DNA from: an uncultured Actinomycetes bacterium
GTDB lineage: Bacteria; Actinomycetota; Thermoleophilia; UBA2241
Length of the DNA: 64,000 nt
Direction: 5' to 3'
NCBI GenBank assembly: GCA_963753695.1
Contig: CAVWDG010000015.1
Span: forward strand, 9,178 to 73,177
In this document: positions 1 to 13,126 of the stretch, in pieces
Layout: each line of letters begins with the position of its first letter
Numbering within the stretch: the first letter of the stretch is position 1
Program-made: the position numbers and the translations under genes
Notes under the pieces: model-generated
Seen by the model: the letters and a program-made list of their open reading frames with translations, nothing else
Databases searched by the model: none
Told to the model about the DNA's origin: nothing

Positions 1-198
1 GAACGTGAAGGTCGCCGTGTCGGCGGCCTGCAGCACGTCGGCGACGGTGCGCACGTGCGCGTCGAACAGCGTGACGTTCAAGTCGCTCGCCGTCTGGTCG
101 AAGACGCGCTTGCGCAGACGCGCGGCGCCGCGGCGCACCTTGGGCTGGTCGGTGCCGCAGATCAGATAGGCGGCTTTGAGGTCGGGAAGTTCGTCCAT
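1..198 (-). CDS. holA: DNA polymerase III delta subunit, N-terminal part (runs off the window edge)
   Basis: Hand translation from ATG at 198: MDELPDLKAAYLICGTDQPKVRRAAARLRKRVFDQTASDLNVTLFD; HolA-like N-terminus, same strand as and downstream of comEA-comEC. Confidence 0.75.
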   Translation of the reverse strand, partial: MDELPDLKAAYLICGTDQPKVRRGAARLRKRVFDQTASDLNVTLFDAHVRTVADVLQAADTATFTF

Positions 199-384
199 GG
201 GAGTCTTGATAGGATAGCACCACCGTCGGCGCGACGGCCCGGGCGCAAGCCCGCGGCCCCGGCGCCGCACCGTGTCCGGCCACACGCGGGGGAGGGTCCG
301 ATCAGGGCGTTTCTTGGCATCGCCGCAGCCCCGCCACTGCTCCACGCTCTGACGGGTTCCCAGGAGATCCGGCTCAGCCCGGGC

Positions 385-666
385 TTGCTGGTCGTGTTCG
401 TGGTGCTGGCACTGGCCAACCTCGCTCTCATGGTCGGCGCTCTTGTGAGCGTCGTCTCGCGACCCGACGCCGGCGTGCGCTTTGGCCGCAAGTGGCTCTG
501 GATCGTGCTGATCGTGCTCGTCAACTGGATCGGGCCGCTCGCCTGGTTCGCCCTGGGGCGCATCGACGTACCTCTGCCCCACGACCCCAGCGCCGACGAC
601 GCGCCCGCCGTCGAGCGCGCCGCCCGCGCCGTCGAACTGCTCTACGGCCCGCGGGAGCAGCGCTGA
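385..666 (+). CDS. Small membrane protein with PLD-nuclease N-terminal-like (PLDc_N) domain; start uncertain
   Basis: Two hydrophobic segments and KWLWIVLIVLVNWIGPLAWFALGR motif; first gene of the ABC operon. Confidence 0.75.
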   Translation: MLVVFVVLALANLALMVGALVSVVSRPDAGVRFGRKWLWIVLIVLVNWIGPLAWFALGRIDVPLPHDPSADDAPAVERAARAVELLYGPREQR

Positions 667-1713
667 ACGCCGGCGGCCAGCCCGGCCTTCCCTGGGCGGT
701 CGACCCGCCACCGTCGCCCGCCGCGCGGCCGCCCGGAGCGCCCCCGGCCCATGGCGCGCCCCCTCCGCCCGGCGCGCCCCCGGCGGCCGCGCCCGCCGTC
801 GAGCTGCACGGCCTGACCAAGCTCTACGGCCGCACGGCCGCCCTCGACGGCGTCGAGCTCACCGTGCCGGCCGGCTCGGTCTTCGGCTTTCTGGGGCCCA
901 ACGGCGCCGGCAAGACGACCACGCTGCGCATCCTCGGCGGCCTCGCCCGGCCGACCGCGGGCAGCGCCGCCGTGCTCGGCCACGACGTGGCGAGCGCGGG
1001 CAACGCGGTTCGCACGCAGATCGGCTTTCTGCCCGACGTGCCGGGCTTCTACAAATGGATGACAGCCGCCGAGTTCCTGCGCTTCGCCGGCGGCCTGTTC
1101 AGCCTCGACGACGCGACTCTGCGCGCCCGCGTGGCGGCCTTGCTCGACCTCGCCGGCCTCGCCTCGGTCGAAGCCCGCATCGGCACCTTCTCGCGCGGCA
1201 TGAAGCAGCGTCTGGGCGTCGCCCAGGCGCTGATCGAACGCGCCCCGATTGTTGCTGCTCGACGAACCCACCAGCGCGCTCGACCCCATCGGCCGCAAAG
1301 AGGTCCTCGACATGATCGCCGCCCTGGCCGGGCGCACGACCGTGTTCTTCTCGACCCACATCTTGGCCGATGTCGAGCGCGTCTGCGACACGGTCGCCGT
1401 GCTCGACCGCGGCCGCGTCGTGGCCCACGACTCGATGGACGGCCTGAAGCGCCGACACGGCCGCGGCCAGCGCCTGCTGGTCGAGGTCGACGACCCCGCG
1501 CGGCTCGCCGAGGCCGTCGCCGGCCTGCCCTGGGTGCGCCTGGTCGAACGCAGCGGCGTCAGCGTGCGGCTGACCGTGAGCGACCTGGCCACCGCCGAGC
1601 GCGCGCTGCCCGCCGTGATCGCTGCCGCGGGCCTGGCGCTGCGCCGCCTCGAGGCCGACGAAGTGAGCCTCGAAGAGGTCTTTGTCGAGCTCGTCGGGGA
1701 GCGGCGCCGGTGA
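663..1713 (+). CDS. ABC-2 type transporter ATP-binding protein (frameshift near 1240)
   Basis: Walker A GPNGAGKTT and FSRGMKQR signature in ORF 492..2027; LLLDEPT and STH continue in ORF 1249..1713. Confidence 0.9.
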
Positions 1714-2477
1714 GCGCCTTTTCGACCTTCGTCGACAAGGAGCGGCGCGAGACGCTGCGCACCTGGCGCCTGTGGGTGCTGCCCGGCATCCTGCTGTTCC
1801 TGGCGCTCGTCGACGCCCGTGCTCACCAGGCTGACGCCCGAGCTTCTGCGGGCCACCGCCAGCTCGTCGCCGGGCGTCGTGATCCACGTGCCGCCGCCCA
1901 CCGCGCGCGACTCGTACGTGCAGTTCATCGGCAACCTCGGCCAGCTTGTCGATCCTCGCCGTCATCATCACGGGCGCGGCCACCATCTCGTCGGAGAGTC
2001 GCGCCGGCACCGCGGTGCTGGTGCTGACCAAGCCGATCTCGCGGGCCGGCTTTGTGATCGCTAAGGCGCTCTCGCAGCTCGTCGTGCTGGTCGGCGCCAC
2101 GGTCGTCGGCGTGGCGCTGTGCATCGGCACGACGATCGCCCTGTTCGGCGCCGGACCGGTCGTGCCGTTCGTCGAGGCGGCCACGCTGTGGCTCGTCTTC
2201 GCGGCCATGATCATGCATGCTGATGGTGCTGCTCTCGGCCGCCATGAAGAGCCAGGCGCCGGCCGCCGGCACGGGCATAGGCCTGTGGATCGGGCTGCTC
2301 TTCTTCACCGGGTTGCCGCTCATTCGCGACCACAGCCCCGCTGGCCTCATGGCCGCCAACGACGCCGCCCTGCGGGGCCGCGACGTCGCGCTGCTGTGGC
2401 CGCTCGCACCACTGTCCTGGCGGCCGCCGTCTTTCTGGCCGCGGCCGTCTGGTTCTTCGCGCGCCGCCGAGCTGTAG
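1710..2477 (+). CDS. ABC-2 transporter permease (several frameshifts)
   Basis: KERRETLRTWR start, ESRAGTAVLVLTKPISR motif and TM segments spread over ORFs 1819..2064, 1946..2542 and 2217..2477. Confidence 0.8.
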
Positions 2478-2502
2478 CGGCGGCCGCCCCCCTGCCCTCT
2501 CT

Positions 2503-4981
2503 TCACGGCGAGCGCGCGGCCGCCGGCACGCGCCCCGGGTGAGCCGCCGCCACGAGCAGCCCGTTCGGGCCGGCGGTCAGGGTGATGTCGCCGCTGCGGT
2601 CGGTGCGCAGCAGCGGCACGCGGTGCTCGGCCATGAGCGAAAGCGACGGCGCCGTGGGGTGGCCGAACTTGTCGGGTCCCGACCGAGACGACCGCCAGGC
2701 GCGGCCGGTACTCGGCCAGCAGGCGGTCGTCGAGCCCGCCGGTCGAGCCGTGGTGGGGCAGCTCGACGATCGCGATGGGGCCCAGGTCGAGTGGCTCGAG
2801 GGCCTCGGCCTCGGCGTCGCCGGGCAGCAACACGCTCTCGCCGTCGAGCGTGACGACGACGACCAGCGCGCAGTCGTTCTCATCCTGGTTGTCGGCGCCG
2901 CCCGGCGTGCCGGTGGGCACCACGGCCAGGCGGCCGCCGCCGATGGCCAGCGACAGGCGCGCGGTGCAGGCACGCACCGGCACGCGCGCCGCGCACAGCT
3001 CCGCCACGACGCGGTCGAGGGCGGCCGACGCCACCGCCGGCTGCGGCACCAGGGCCTGGCCGACGGGGATCTGGCCGAGCACGTCGGAGAGGCCGGCGGT
3101 GTGGTCGGCGTGGCCGTGCGAGAGCACGAGCAGGTCGATGCGGCGCACGCCGTGGCGGCGCAGGCAGGCGGCCAGCGGCGTGGGCCCGGCGTCGATCAGT
3201 ACGGTGGGACCGCCCGGTTCTTGCAGCAGCGCGGCGGCGCCCTCGCCCACGCTGAGCACCGTGAGCGTGGGCCGCCCCGGCGCCGCCGGGCGCGCCGGGG
3301 CCATGGCAAGGGCGAGCGCCACGAGCACCACGGCGGCCACGGCCATGCGGTGGCCGCGCCGCGGGGGGCGCGCGTACTCGCGCAGCGACACACCGGCGCG
3401 ATGGGCCAGCAGCGCGACGATCACCAGGCCGCCCCCAAGCAGCGCGGCGACCAGAAAGCCCAGCGTGAGACCCTGCCAGCGGTAAACGGCGAACGAGGGG
3501 TGACCGAACCAGCCCGCGACCGTCAGCAGAAAGCCGGTGAACAGCCCAGCCACGACGTTGAGCGGCGCCGACAGCCCGGGCCAGGCGAAGCCCACGAAAA
3601 CGCTCAGCATGCCGAGGAACATGATGGGCCCCAGCACGAAGCCGCCGACGATGTTCGCCGGAACGGCCACGAGCGACGCCTGGCCGAAGGTCGCCATGGA
3701 GACCGGCGCCGTGGAGAGGCTCGCGGCCGTCGTGATGGCCGCCGGCTCGCCCAGGAAGCGCGGCGCGAAGGCCAGCGCGTGCGTGAGGGGGCGACCCAGC
3801 AGCAGCAGGCCGGCGACCGCCGCGAACGAGAGCTGAAAGCTCACGTCGAACACCACCGCGGGGCTGCGCGTGAGCATGAACGCCCCCGGCACGAGCCACA
3901 GAAACCAGCCGTCGGTAGGCCGCGAGGTGAGGTTGGCCAGCAGGGCGACCACGCCCGAGACCCCGGCGCGCACGATCGAGGGCGTGGCTCCGGTGACCAC
4001 CACGTAGAGCACGACCGAGGGGATGAGGATCAGCGAGCGCACGTCGCGCCGCACGCCCGCCAGGGTGAGCACGAACGAGCCCATGGTGCACAGCAGCACG
4101 ACGTTCTCACCCGAGACCGCGAGGATGTGGAGCAGCCCGCTGCGCCGCATGTCGTTGACGGGGCCGTCAAGCACCGCCTGCTGGTCACCGAGCACCATCG
4201 CTTCGAGCACCTCGCGCACCGGCGAGCGCAGGCCGCGGCGGATGTGGCTGCGAGCCGCGAGGCGCAGGCGGTCGACAAGGCCGCCCAGGCCGTCGCGGCG
4301 GCCCGCCAGGCGCAGCGTGGCGAGCGGCGCGGCGAGCACGACGTGCTCGCCGCGCCGCTCGAGGTAGCGCCCGTAGTCGAACTCTCCGGGCTTGGCTTGC
4401 GGCAGCGCTTCGACCTGCGCCGCGGCCAGGCGCAGGCACGTGCCTTCGACGAGCGGCCCGAGCGAGCTGAACGCCGGCGCCGGCCCGCCGCCCAGGTCGA
4501 GCGTGAGCGGCGCGCGCTCGGCGACGACCGTGCCGTCGACGGCGGTGACCTTGACGTCGAGCGAGACGCGCTCGTCGCCGATCTTGGGCAGCGTGAGCGC
4601 CGTCGCCTGGAGCGCCACCGTGTGGCCGACGAAGCGGGTGAGCTCGCTGTGGGCCTGCGCGTCGAGCCGCGCCGCGCCCACCGTGAGCCCGGCGACGACG
4701 ACGAGTGGCGCCAGGGCGACGGCGGCGGAGGCCCGCAGGCGGTCGCGCCAGACCGAAGCGAGCAGGCCGGGCCAGGGCGGATCTGGCGGCCGGTCCGCGG
4801 CCCCTGCCGGCGTGTGCCGCGCGTCGGGCTCGGTCGACGCAGTCAGCCGCAGGACCGCCCACGCGGTACCCACACCCAGCAGCGCGACCGTAGCCGCCGG
4901 CGACGGACGCCAGGCGAGAGCGCCGAGCAGGCCCGCAACGTAGGCGACGAGCAGTGAATAGACGGTGGGCGGCGCCCGCAC
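2503..4981 (-). CDS. comEC: ComEC/Rec2 DNA uptake channel with metallo-beta-lactamase domain (frameshift near 2680)
   Basis: PGEFDY, GLLHILAVSG, SFQLSF, SHGHADH, PHHGS; C-terminus FGHP...RTDRSGDI in a shifted frame. Confidence 0.92.
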
Positions 4982-4995
4982 GGCGACGGCCGCGC

Positions 4996-5652
4996 CTACA
5001 CCGTGACGAGCGGCTGCAGCGTGGCGAACTTGGCGTCGCCGATGCCCGACACGTTCTTCAGGTCGTCGACGCTCTTGAAGCCGCCGTTGGCCGTGCGGTA
5101 GTCGATGATCTTTTGCGCGGTGGCAGGCCCGACGCCGGGCAGCGCGTCGAGCTCGGCGGCGGTGGCCGTGTTTAAGTTGACCGGCGCGGCCGTGCCGGCG
5201 GAGCCCGAGGCGCCCGAGGCCGTCGTGGTGTTCGTGCCGCCCGCGCCTGTCGACCCGCCGGCCGCCGCGACGGCGGTGGCGCCGCGCACGGGCACCACGA
5301 CCTGCTGGCCGTCGACGAGCTTGGCGGCCAGGTTGACCGCCTGCAGCTCGGCCTTGGCCGCGGCGCCGCCCGCGGCGCTGAGCAGGTCGGCGATGCGCGC
5401 GCCGGGGGCGAGGTGGTACACGCCCGGGCGGTGGACCGCGCCGCACACGTAGACGACGAGCTCCTGGGGGGTCGGCGAAGCGTACGGAGTCGGCGAGGCC
5501 GCGGCGCTCGGGGCGTACGAGGCGAGACCAGCCACGGCCTGCCCGCCCGCGGGCATCGCCCCGTGCGACGAGAACAGGTAGCGGGCGCCGAGCGCCGCGA
5601 CCAGGAGAGCCAGTCCCACGTAGATGTAGGCCTGGCGTCGGGAGATGTCCAT
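4996..5652 (-). CDS. comEA: ComEA DNA-binding protein (SLBB + HhH)
   Basis: [37 protein letters not shown]. Confidence 0.95.
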   Translation of the reverse strand: MDISRRQAYIYVGLALLVAALGARYLFSSHGAMPAGGQAVAGLASYAPSAAASPTPYASPTPQELVVYVCGAVHRPGVYHLAPGARIADLLSAAGGAAAKAELQAVNLAAKLVDGQQVVVPVRGATAVAAAGGSTGAGGTNTTTASGASGSAGTAAPVNLNTATAAELDALPGVGPATAQKIIDYRTANGGFKSVDDLKNVSGIGDAKFATLQPLVTV

Positions 5653-5860
5653 GAAGCCCCTCCGGCAGCACGAAGACCAGATGACCTGTAGCGCCGCTAC
5701 AGGCTAGGGCCTCATCGCGCGCAGCGCAGCAGGCCGCGGACGCCGTGCGGTTCGCGATGGGCCGCGCCGCGCGTGGACGATGGCGGCGGGGTGGGCCGAG
5801 CCGCGACGCGCGGCGGCCGCGAGACAGCGCGGCGCGGAGGAGCGGCGGCGCCGAAGTGGT

Positions 5861-8432
<2,572 letters not shown>

Positions 8433-8548
8433 CTTGGGTTCCGTTCCTTGCTTGCTCGTGACTTACTCGGCCGTGACGGGGAACACTCGCGAAGAAGCTT
8501 GCCGGCGCCGGAGTCCGGGTAGCCCAGAGGTTCCCCGCGCCGCAGCCT

Positions 8549-8554
8549 AGTATA
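8549..8554 (-). promoter_or_regulatory. Probable -10 element (TATACT) for leuS
   Basis: TATACT on the minus strand about 115 nt upstream of the leuS GTG; no clear -35. Confidence 0.4.
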
Positions 8555-8629
8555 CCGGGCGCCCGACTGCCGCGGCGCGAGTGACGGGCTCAGGCGATGA
8601 GCAACGGGCTCAGGCGACGACCGCCCGAG

Positions 8630-8657
8630 TTGCGAGCCCAAAGCCCGATGGTATACT
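8630..8657 (+). promoter_or_regulatory. Sigma70/SigA-type promoter for tRNA-Ala
   Basis: TTGCGA-N16-TATACT with extended -10 TG, 35 nt before the tRNA. Confidence 0.65.
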
Positions 8658-8691
8658 CAACAACCGCCGGCCAAGGCCGGCGCACCCCGGT

Positions 8692-8767
8692 GGGGGTATA
8701 GCTCAGCTGGGAGAGCGTCTGGCTGGCAGCCAGAAGGTCAGCGGTTCGAGCCCGCTTACCTCCACCA
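8692..8767 (+). tRNA. tRNA-Ala (anticodon GGC)
   Basis: 76-nt cloverleaf, acceptor GGGGGTA/TACCTCC with G3:U70, anticodon arm TCTGG-CTGGCAG-CCAGA, GGTTCGA T-loop, encoded CCA. Confidence 0.97.
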
Positions 8768-8785
8768 ATCCACTGCTTTCGACGT

Positions 8786-8816
8786 AGCGGCCGCCCCTTC
8801 GGAGCGGCCGCTTTTT
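8786..8816 (+). terminator. Intrinsic terminator after tRNA-Ala
   Basis: AGCGGCCGC-loop-GCGGCCGCT followed by a T run. Confidence 0.85.
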
Positions 8817-8863
8817 GGTCGCATCATCACGCCGGCCTCGCGCCGGCAAGCGGGCCCGCCCGG

Positions 8864-9433
8864 TCAGCGGTGCCGCCGGTACTGCAGCTCGACGACCCCG
8901 TTGCTCAGGGCGGTGCTGGAGATCAGGTCGAGCCGGTAGGACTTGGGGACGTCGTCGAACAACAGGGTGCCCCTGTCGGTGATGTAGGGGTACAGGGACA
9001 CCTGGAACTCGTCGATCAGGTCGAGCTTCATGAGCGACCGCCACAAGGTGACGCCGCCCCAGACCACGAGGTAGCCGTCGCCGCCCTGCCTGAGCTCGTC
9101 GATCTCCTGCGCCGTGCCGCCATCGGCGATGGTGGTGTTGGCCCACTCGGCCGTCTTCAGGGTCCGGGAGAAGACGACCTTGCGCCCGGCGTTCAGGACG
9201 CCGGCCCACGGGTGGCCGGAGTCCACCGGGAGGTTGGCGGCCATGGACTCGTAGGCGGTGCGGCCCATGACATGGGCGTGCGCGTTCTGCAGAAAGTCGC
9301 GTGCCTGCTCGTCGCCCTCCAGGCCGCCGCGCTGATCGAGCAGTTCGAAGCAGAGCTTCCAGAACTCGGTGCCTTCGTCGGCCAGAAGGCCGTTGAGCGA
9401 GTAGTTGAACACCGTCGCTATCAGCTTCCGCAT
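8864..9433 (-). CDS. Dihydrofolate reductase / RibD C-terminal family protein
   Basis: SLNG, VMGRTAYE, KVVFSRTL, VWGG, LIDE, G..LF, NGVVELQY. Confidence 0.9.
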   Translation of the reverse strand: MRKLIATVFNYSLNGLLADEGTEFWKLCFELLDQRGGLEGDEQARDFLQNAHAHVMGRTAYESMAANLPVDSGHPWAGVLNAGRKVVFSRTLKTAEWANTTIADGGTAQEIDELRQGGDGYLVVWGGVTLWRSLMKLDLIDEFQVSLYPYITDRGTLLFDDVPKSYRLDLISSTALSNGVVELQYRRHR

Positions 9434-9514
9434 CAGGACTCCTTGGGCTCGGGTAGCGCCGGTACCTGTACCCAGGGGAGCGGGGAGGTGCCGGGCTGCG
9501 ACCGTTGCGGCCTT

Positions 9515-9982
9515 CTACTCCCTGCCGGGCGGCTTTGGCCGGTCTTCGCGACCGGCGAACCAGCCCTCGCTTGCGTCGGGGAAGCAGTCGAAGCGCCCGA
9601 TGTACGGCTTGATGTCGAGCAGCGGCGTGCCGTCGAGCATGTCGACCCCGCCGACGGTCAGGGCGGCGCCTTCGCGGCTCAGCAGGGTGACGACCGTCAG
9701 CCCGATGCCGTTGGGCCTTGCCGGGTGTCGGCAGGCGAAGATTCCGTGCGGCTCGTCGCTCAGGAACGTGGGGCGTGCCAACTCCACCGGGGCGGCCCGG
9801 TCGAACTGGTAGAGCAGGATCAAGTGCGAGAAGCCGTCGATGTCGGACAGGCCCTCGGCGAGCTCGGGAACGACCTCGACCACGCCGGTGTTCTCGGGGT
9901 GAAAGGCGCCCTGGATGGGAGCGTCTTCTTTGGTCGCGAACGGCGTGTGGATGACGCCTATGGGGTGCAACTGCGTGTGCAT
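9515..9982 (-). CDS. trmO: TsaA/TrmO-family tRNA t6A37 N6-methyltransferase
   Basis: PIGVIHTPF, GLSDIDGFSHL, GIFACRHPARPNGIGLT, DMLDGTPLLDIKPY; RBS GAGGA before ATG 9982. Confidence 0.9.
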   Translation of the reverse strand: MHTQLHPIGVIHTPFATKEDAPIQGAFHPENTGVVEVVPELAEGLSDIDGFSHLILLYQFDRAAPVELARPTFLSDEPHGIFACRHPARPNGIGLTVVTLLSREGAALTVGGVDMLDGTPLLDIKPYIGRFDCFPDASEGWFAGREDRPKPPGRE

Positions 9983-10112
9983 GTGCTTCCTCAGGGCCGA
10001 TACCCGGGACGCGGCCAAGGGTATGTCGTCGACCGGCCTCCCGCCAAGCCAAATGGCACCGCAAGCGCTGCCGTCGCCTGAGTCACGCTGCAGTGAGCGA
10101 CCTACGACCGTG

Positions 10113-11567
10113 TCACAAGAACCCGCGCAGCCGCTTGGCTGCCGCGTTGGCAAGGTTGAGCTCGACCGGGTGGCGGAAGTAGCGGTGGCTCCACCGGTAG
10201 CGCGCCGCGCGGCTCATGACGCCGTAGCCTGCGCGGAACGCGGGGCCGTGCTCGTCTATGCGCGAGCGCGGATAGAAGGCGTAGCGGGTGACCGCCGAGA
10301 TCGCCCGCAGCCGCTCAACGTACGCGGGCGTGTGCCAGGGCGGCTCGAAGTGGAAGACCTCGATCGACCCCCAGGCCTCGAGCGACGCCGGCGGGCGAAA
10401 CGAGGCGGGCAGCGAGTCGAGCAGCGGGCTCGGGAACGGCGTGTACAAGAAGATGCCGTAGTGCTGCGTGCGCGGGTTGACGCGCCCCATGGCGTCCATC
10501 AGGTCGAAGGTCTGCTCCATGTCGGCGTAGGTCTCGCCGGGCAGTCCCGACAGCCACGACACGAACGGGTCGATCGAGGGCGCGAACTCGGCCAGCTTGG
10601 CCGCCGACTGCAGGATCTGCTCGGCGCTCACGTCTTTGCAGACCAGGCTCTGCATGCGCTCCGAGCCGCTCTCGCCGCCGAAGTCGATCTCCATGCAGCC
10701 GGCCTGCTCGATCAGCTTCACGAACGCCCCGTCGTACTTGGCCAGGTAGTCGAACCGGCAGTTCGCCCGCCAGGCGACGTGCACGTCGCCGTCGAGCAGG
10801 CCGGTGCAGATCGCCTCGGCGCGCCGGCGGTCGACGAAGAAGTTGTCGTCGACCGGGTCGATGATCTTCACGTGCGGAAAGCGGCGCAGCAGGCTCTGCA
10901 TCTCGGCCACCGCGCGTTCTGGACTCTTGCCGCGCCAGCGGCGTTTGTTGAAGCCTGTGTTGTAGCAGAAGCCGCAGCGGCTGGGGCAGCCGCGGCTGGT
11001 CTGCAGGTGCACGCGACCCGCCTGCAGGGTGGGATAGCCGGTGAGCTCAAGCAGTTCGTAGGGCAGCTCGACCGGGATGCTGTCTAAGTCGACAGGCTCG
11101 GCGTCGGGGGTGCTCACCACGGCGCCGTCGAGCTCGTAGGTGAGGCCGTCCACGTCGGCCAGGGGCGCGCCCGCTGCCAGCCGGTCGGCCAGGGGGCCGA
11201 CGACCGTCTCGGCCTCGCCGCGCACCACCACGTCGACCGCCGGGCTGGCGGCGGTCTGCTCGGGCAGCAGCGTGGGGTGCACGCCGCCCCACACGATGGG
11301 CACGCGCGGGTGCTCGGCGCGCACCTTCGCGGCGAACTCGAGGGCGTAGCGGATCTGGGGGCCGCTCATGCAGGTCAGCCCGACGAACACCGGCTCGCCG
11401 ATCTGAAGCGTGCGGTAGTCGACGAGACGCATGTCGAAGATGCGCGGCCGGTAGCCGGCGCGCTGCAGGGCGCCGGCGACGTGCAGCAGCTGGAGCGGCA
11501 CCTGCGGGTCTGGCGCCTTGAACCTGCCCGGAAAGACGAGCAGCACCTCGTTCTTTTGGCCTGTCAT
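10113..11567 (-). CDS. B12-binding domain radical SAM protein (1)
   Basis: N-terminal B12-binding fold (VWGGVHPT, VVRGEAE), SRGCPSRCGFC, DDNF, GGESG. Confidence 0.92.
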   Translation of the reverse strand: MTGQKNEVLLVFPGRFKAPDPQVPLQLLHVAGALQRAGYRPRIFDMRLVDYRTLQIGEPVFVGLTCMSGPQIRYALEFAAKVRAEHPRVPIVWGGVHPTLLPEQTAASPAVDVVVRGEAETVVGPLADRLAAGAPLADVDGLTYELDGAVVSTPDAEPVDLDSIPVELPYELLELTGYPTLQAGRVHLQTSRGCPSRCGFCYNTGFNKRRWRGKSPERAVAEMQSLLRRFPHVKIIDPVDDNFFVDRRRAEAICTGLLDGDVHVAWRANCRFDYLAKYDGAFVKLIEQAGCMEIDFGGESGSERMQSLVCKDVSAEQILQSAAKLAEFAPSIDPFVSWLSGLPGETYADMEQTFDLMDAMGRVNPRTQHYGIFLYTPFPSPLLDSLPASFRPPASLEAWGSIEVFHFEPPWHTPAYVERLRAISAVTRYAFYPRSRIDEHGPAFRAGYGVMSRAARYRWSHRYFRHPVELNLANAAAKRLRGFL

Positions 11568-11761
11568 CTGCGCTTGGACCCCCGTCGTTGGCGTTGCGGT
11601 ACAGTCTATGGCACCACATCAAACTGGCGCCCGTTGGCAGCGAGGGCGCCGGGTCCGAGCCGCGGTCGACGGCTCGCCGGACCGTGGCGCGGAGCTTGCG
11701 CCGGTCGGGCCGTGGGTATGAACGCCCCGAGGTCCGGGGTCGTCAGCAGCAAAGGAGCCGC

Positions 11762-13126
11762 ATGGGCAGGGTCGCGCTCGTCTTTCCGTACGTTCGCACG
11801 AGGTCGGCCAACGAGATGCTGTTCCCGCCGCTCGGCATCGCCACGCTGGCCGCCCAGCTGCGCGCTCGCGGCATCGAGACCAGGGTCTTCGACTGCACGT
11901 TCAGCGACTTCGCCGCGCTGCGCGCCGAGATCGAGTCGTACCGGCCCGACATCGTGGGCATCTCCTCGATGGTCAGTCTGTCGCGCAACACCTTCGCCGT
12001 GGCGGCCATGGTGCGCGAGGTCGCGCCCCACGCCCTGCTGGTGGCCGGCGGCGCGCTGCCTACCGTCTTTCCCAGGCGCTTCGCCAAGCACTTCGACGTC
12101 GTCTTTCGGGGCGAAGCCGACCTCAGCTTCCCGCGCTTCTGCGCCGACGTCTTCGCCCGGCGCGTCTCGGCCGCGACCATGGGCCGCCTGCCACTGGCCA
12201 CCTACGACGGCCTGTTCATCCCCAACCACGGCCTGTGCACCGACAACCCCAGCACGCACCACGACGAGACCGCCCTCGAGTCGTTCCCGCGGCCCGACCG
12301 CAGCGACTTCGACCACGCCGCCTACCAGGATGTCTGGCGGCGTACCGGCGGCGGCGCGATCACCTCGCTCATGGTCACGCTGGGCTGCCCGTTTGCCTGC
12401 GACTTCTGCTCAAAACCGGTCTTCGGCAACGTCGTGCGGCGCCGCAGCCTCGACTGGGTCTTCGCCGAGGTCGACGAGATCGCCGCCCTGGGCTACGACG
12501 GCCTCTGGATCGCCGACGACACCTTCACGCTCGACGTGCCCTACCTCGAGGAGTTCTGCCGGCGCATGGCGGGGCGTGGCCTCACCTGGTCGTGCCTGTC
12601 GCGGGCCCGGGGCATCAAGCGCGCCACCGTGCGCCTCATGAAGGAGGCCGGCTGCCGGCGCGTCTACCTGGGCCTCGAGTCGGGCAGCCAGGCGACGCTC
12701 GCCCTCATGAACAAGCAGGTCACGGTCGGCGACGGCATCCGCGCCGTGAGCCTCTACCGCGAGGCCGGCATCGAGGTGGCCGGCTTCTTCATCGTGGGGT
12801 ACCCGGGCGAGACCGCCGCCTCGGTCGAGCAGACCTTCGCGCTGGCCCTGACGCTGCCGCTCGACGAGATCTCGTTCAACGTGCCCTTCCCGCTGCCGGG
12901 CTCCATGCTCTTTCGGCGCCTCGGCGGGCCCGACGACGGCCTCGACTGGAACGAAGAGAACGAGACGACCTTCGTCTACCCCTCGCAGTTCGACGCCGAC
13001 TGGCTGCGCCGGCGCATCGCCGAGACCACCGCGGCGTTTGCCGACAACAGGCGCAGGCGCCGCCGCGAAGACGCCGTCGACTCCGACCCGGCGCTCACCG
13101 CAGCCGTCGCAGGAGCGCGTCGGTAG
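11762..13126 (+). CDS. B12-binding domain radical SAM protein (2)
   Basis: PPLGIATLAA, GEAD, TLGCPFACDFC, ADDTF, GLESG, FIVGYPGET; AAGGAG RBS. Confidence 0.92.
   Translation: MGRVALVFPYVRTRSANEMLFPPLGIATLAAQLRARGIETRVFDCTFSDFAALRAEIESYRPDIVGISSMVSLSRNTFAVAAMVREVAPHALLVAGGALPTVFPRRFAKHFDVVFRGEADLSFPRFCADVFARRVSAATMGRLPLATYDGLFIPNHGLCTDNPSTHHDETALESFPRPDRSDFDHAAYQDVWRRTGGGAITSLMVTLGCPFACDFCSKPVFGNVVRRRSLDWVFAEVDEIAALGYDGLWIADDTFTLDVPYLEEFCRRMAGRGLTWSCLSRARGIKRATVRLMKEAGCRRVYLGLESGSQATLALMNKQVTVGDGIRAVSLYREAGIEVAGFFIVGYPGETAASVEQTFALALTLPLDEISFNVPFPLPGSMLFRRLGGPDDGLDWNEENETTFVYPSQFDADWLRRRIAETTAAFADNRRRRRREDAVDSDPALTAAVAGARR

Noticed and set aside
1925-5671. 1248-aa ComEA-ComEC fusion
   Set aside because: ComEA is in a different frame with its own stop; the long ORF results from stop-codon scarcity at high GC and a 3' frameshift.
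8433-8560. T-box riboswitch upstream of leuS
   Set aside because: No T-box antiterminator consensus (TGGNACC) was seen and the leader is only about 110 nt.
11568-11761. Cobalamin or SAM riboswitch between the divergent radical SAM genes
   Set aside because: GC hairpins are present, but no B12-box (GGGAA...GCCACTG) or SAM-I/IV core motifs.
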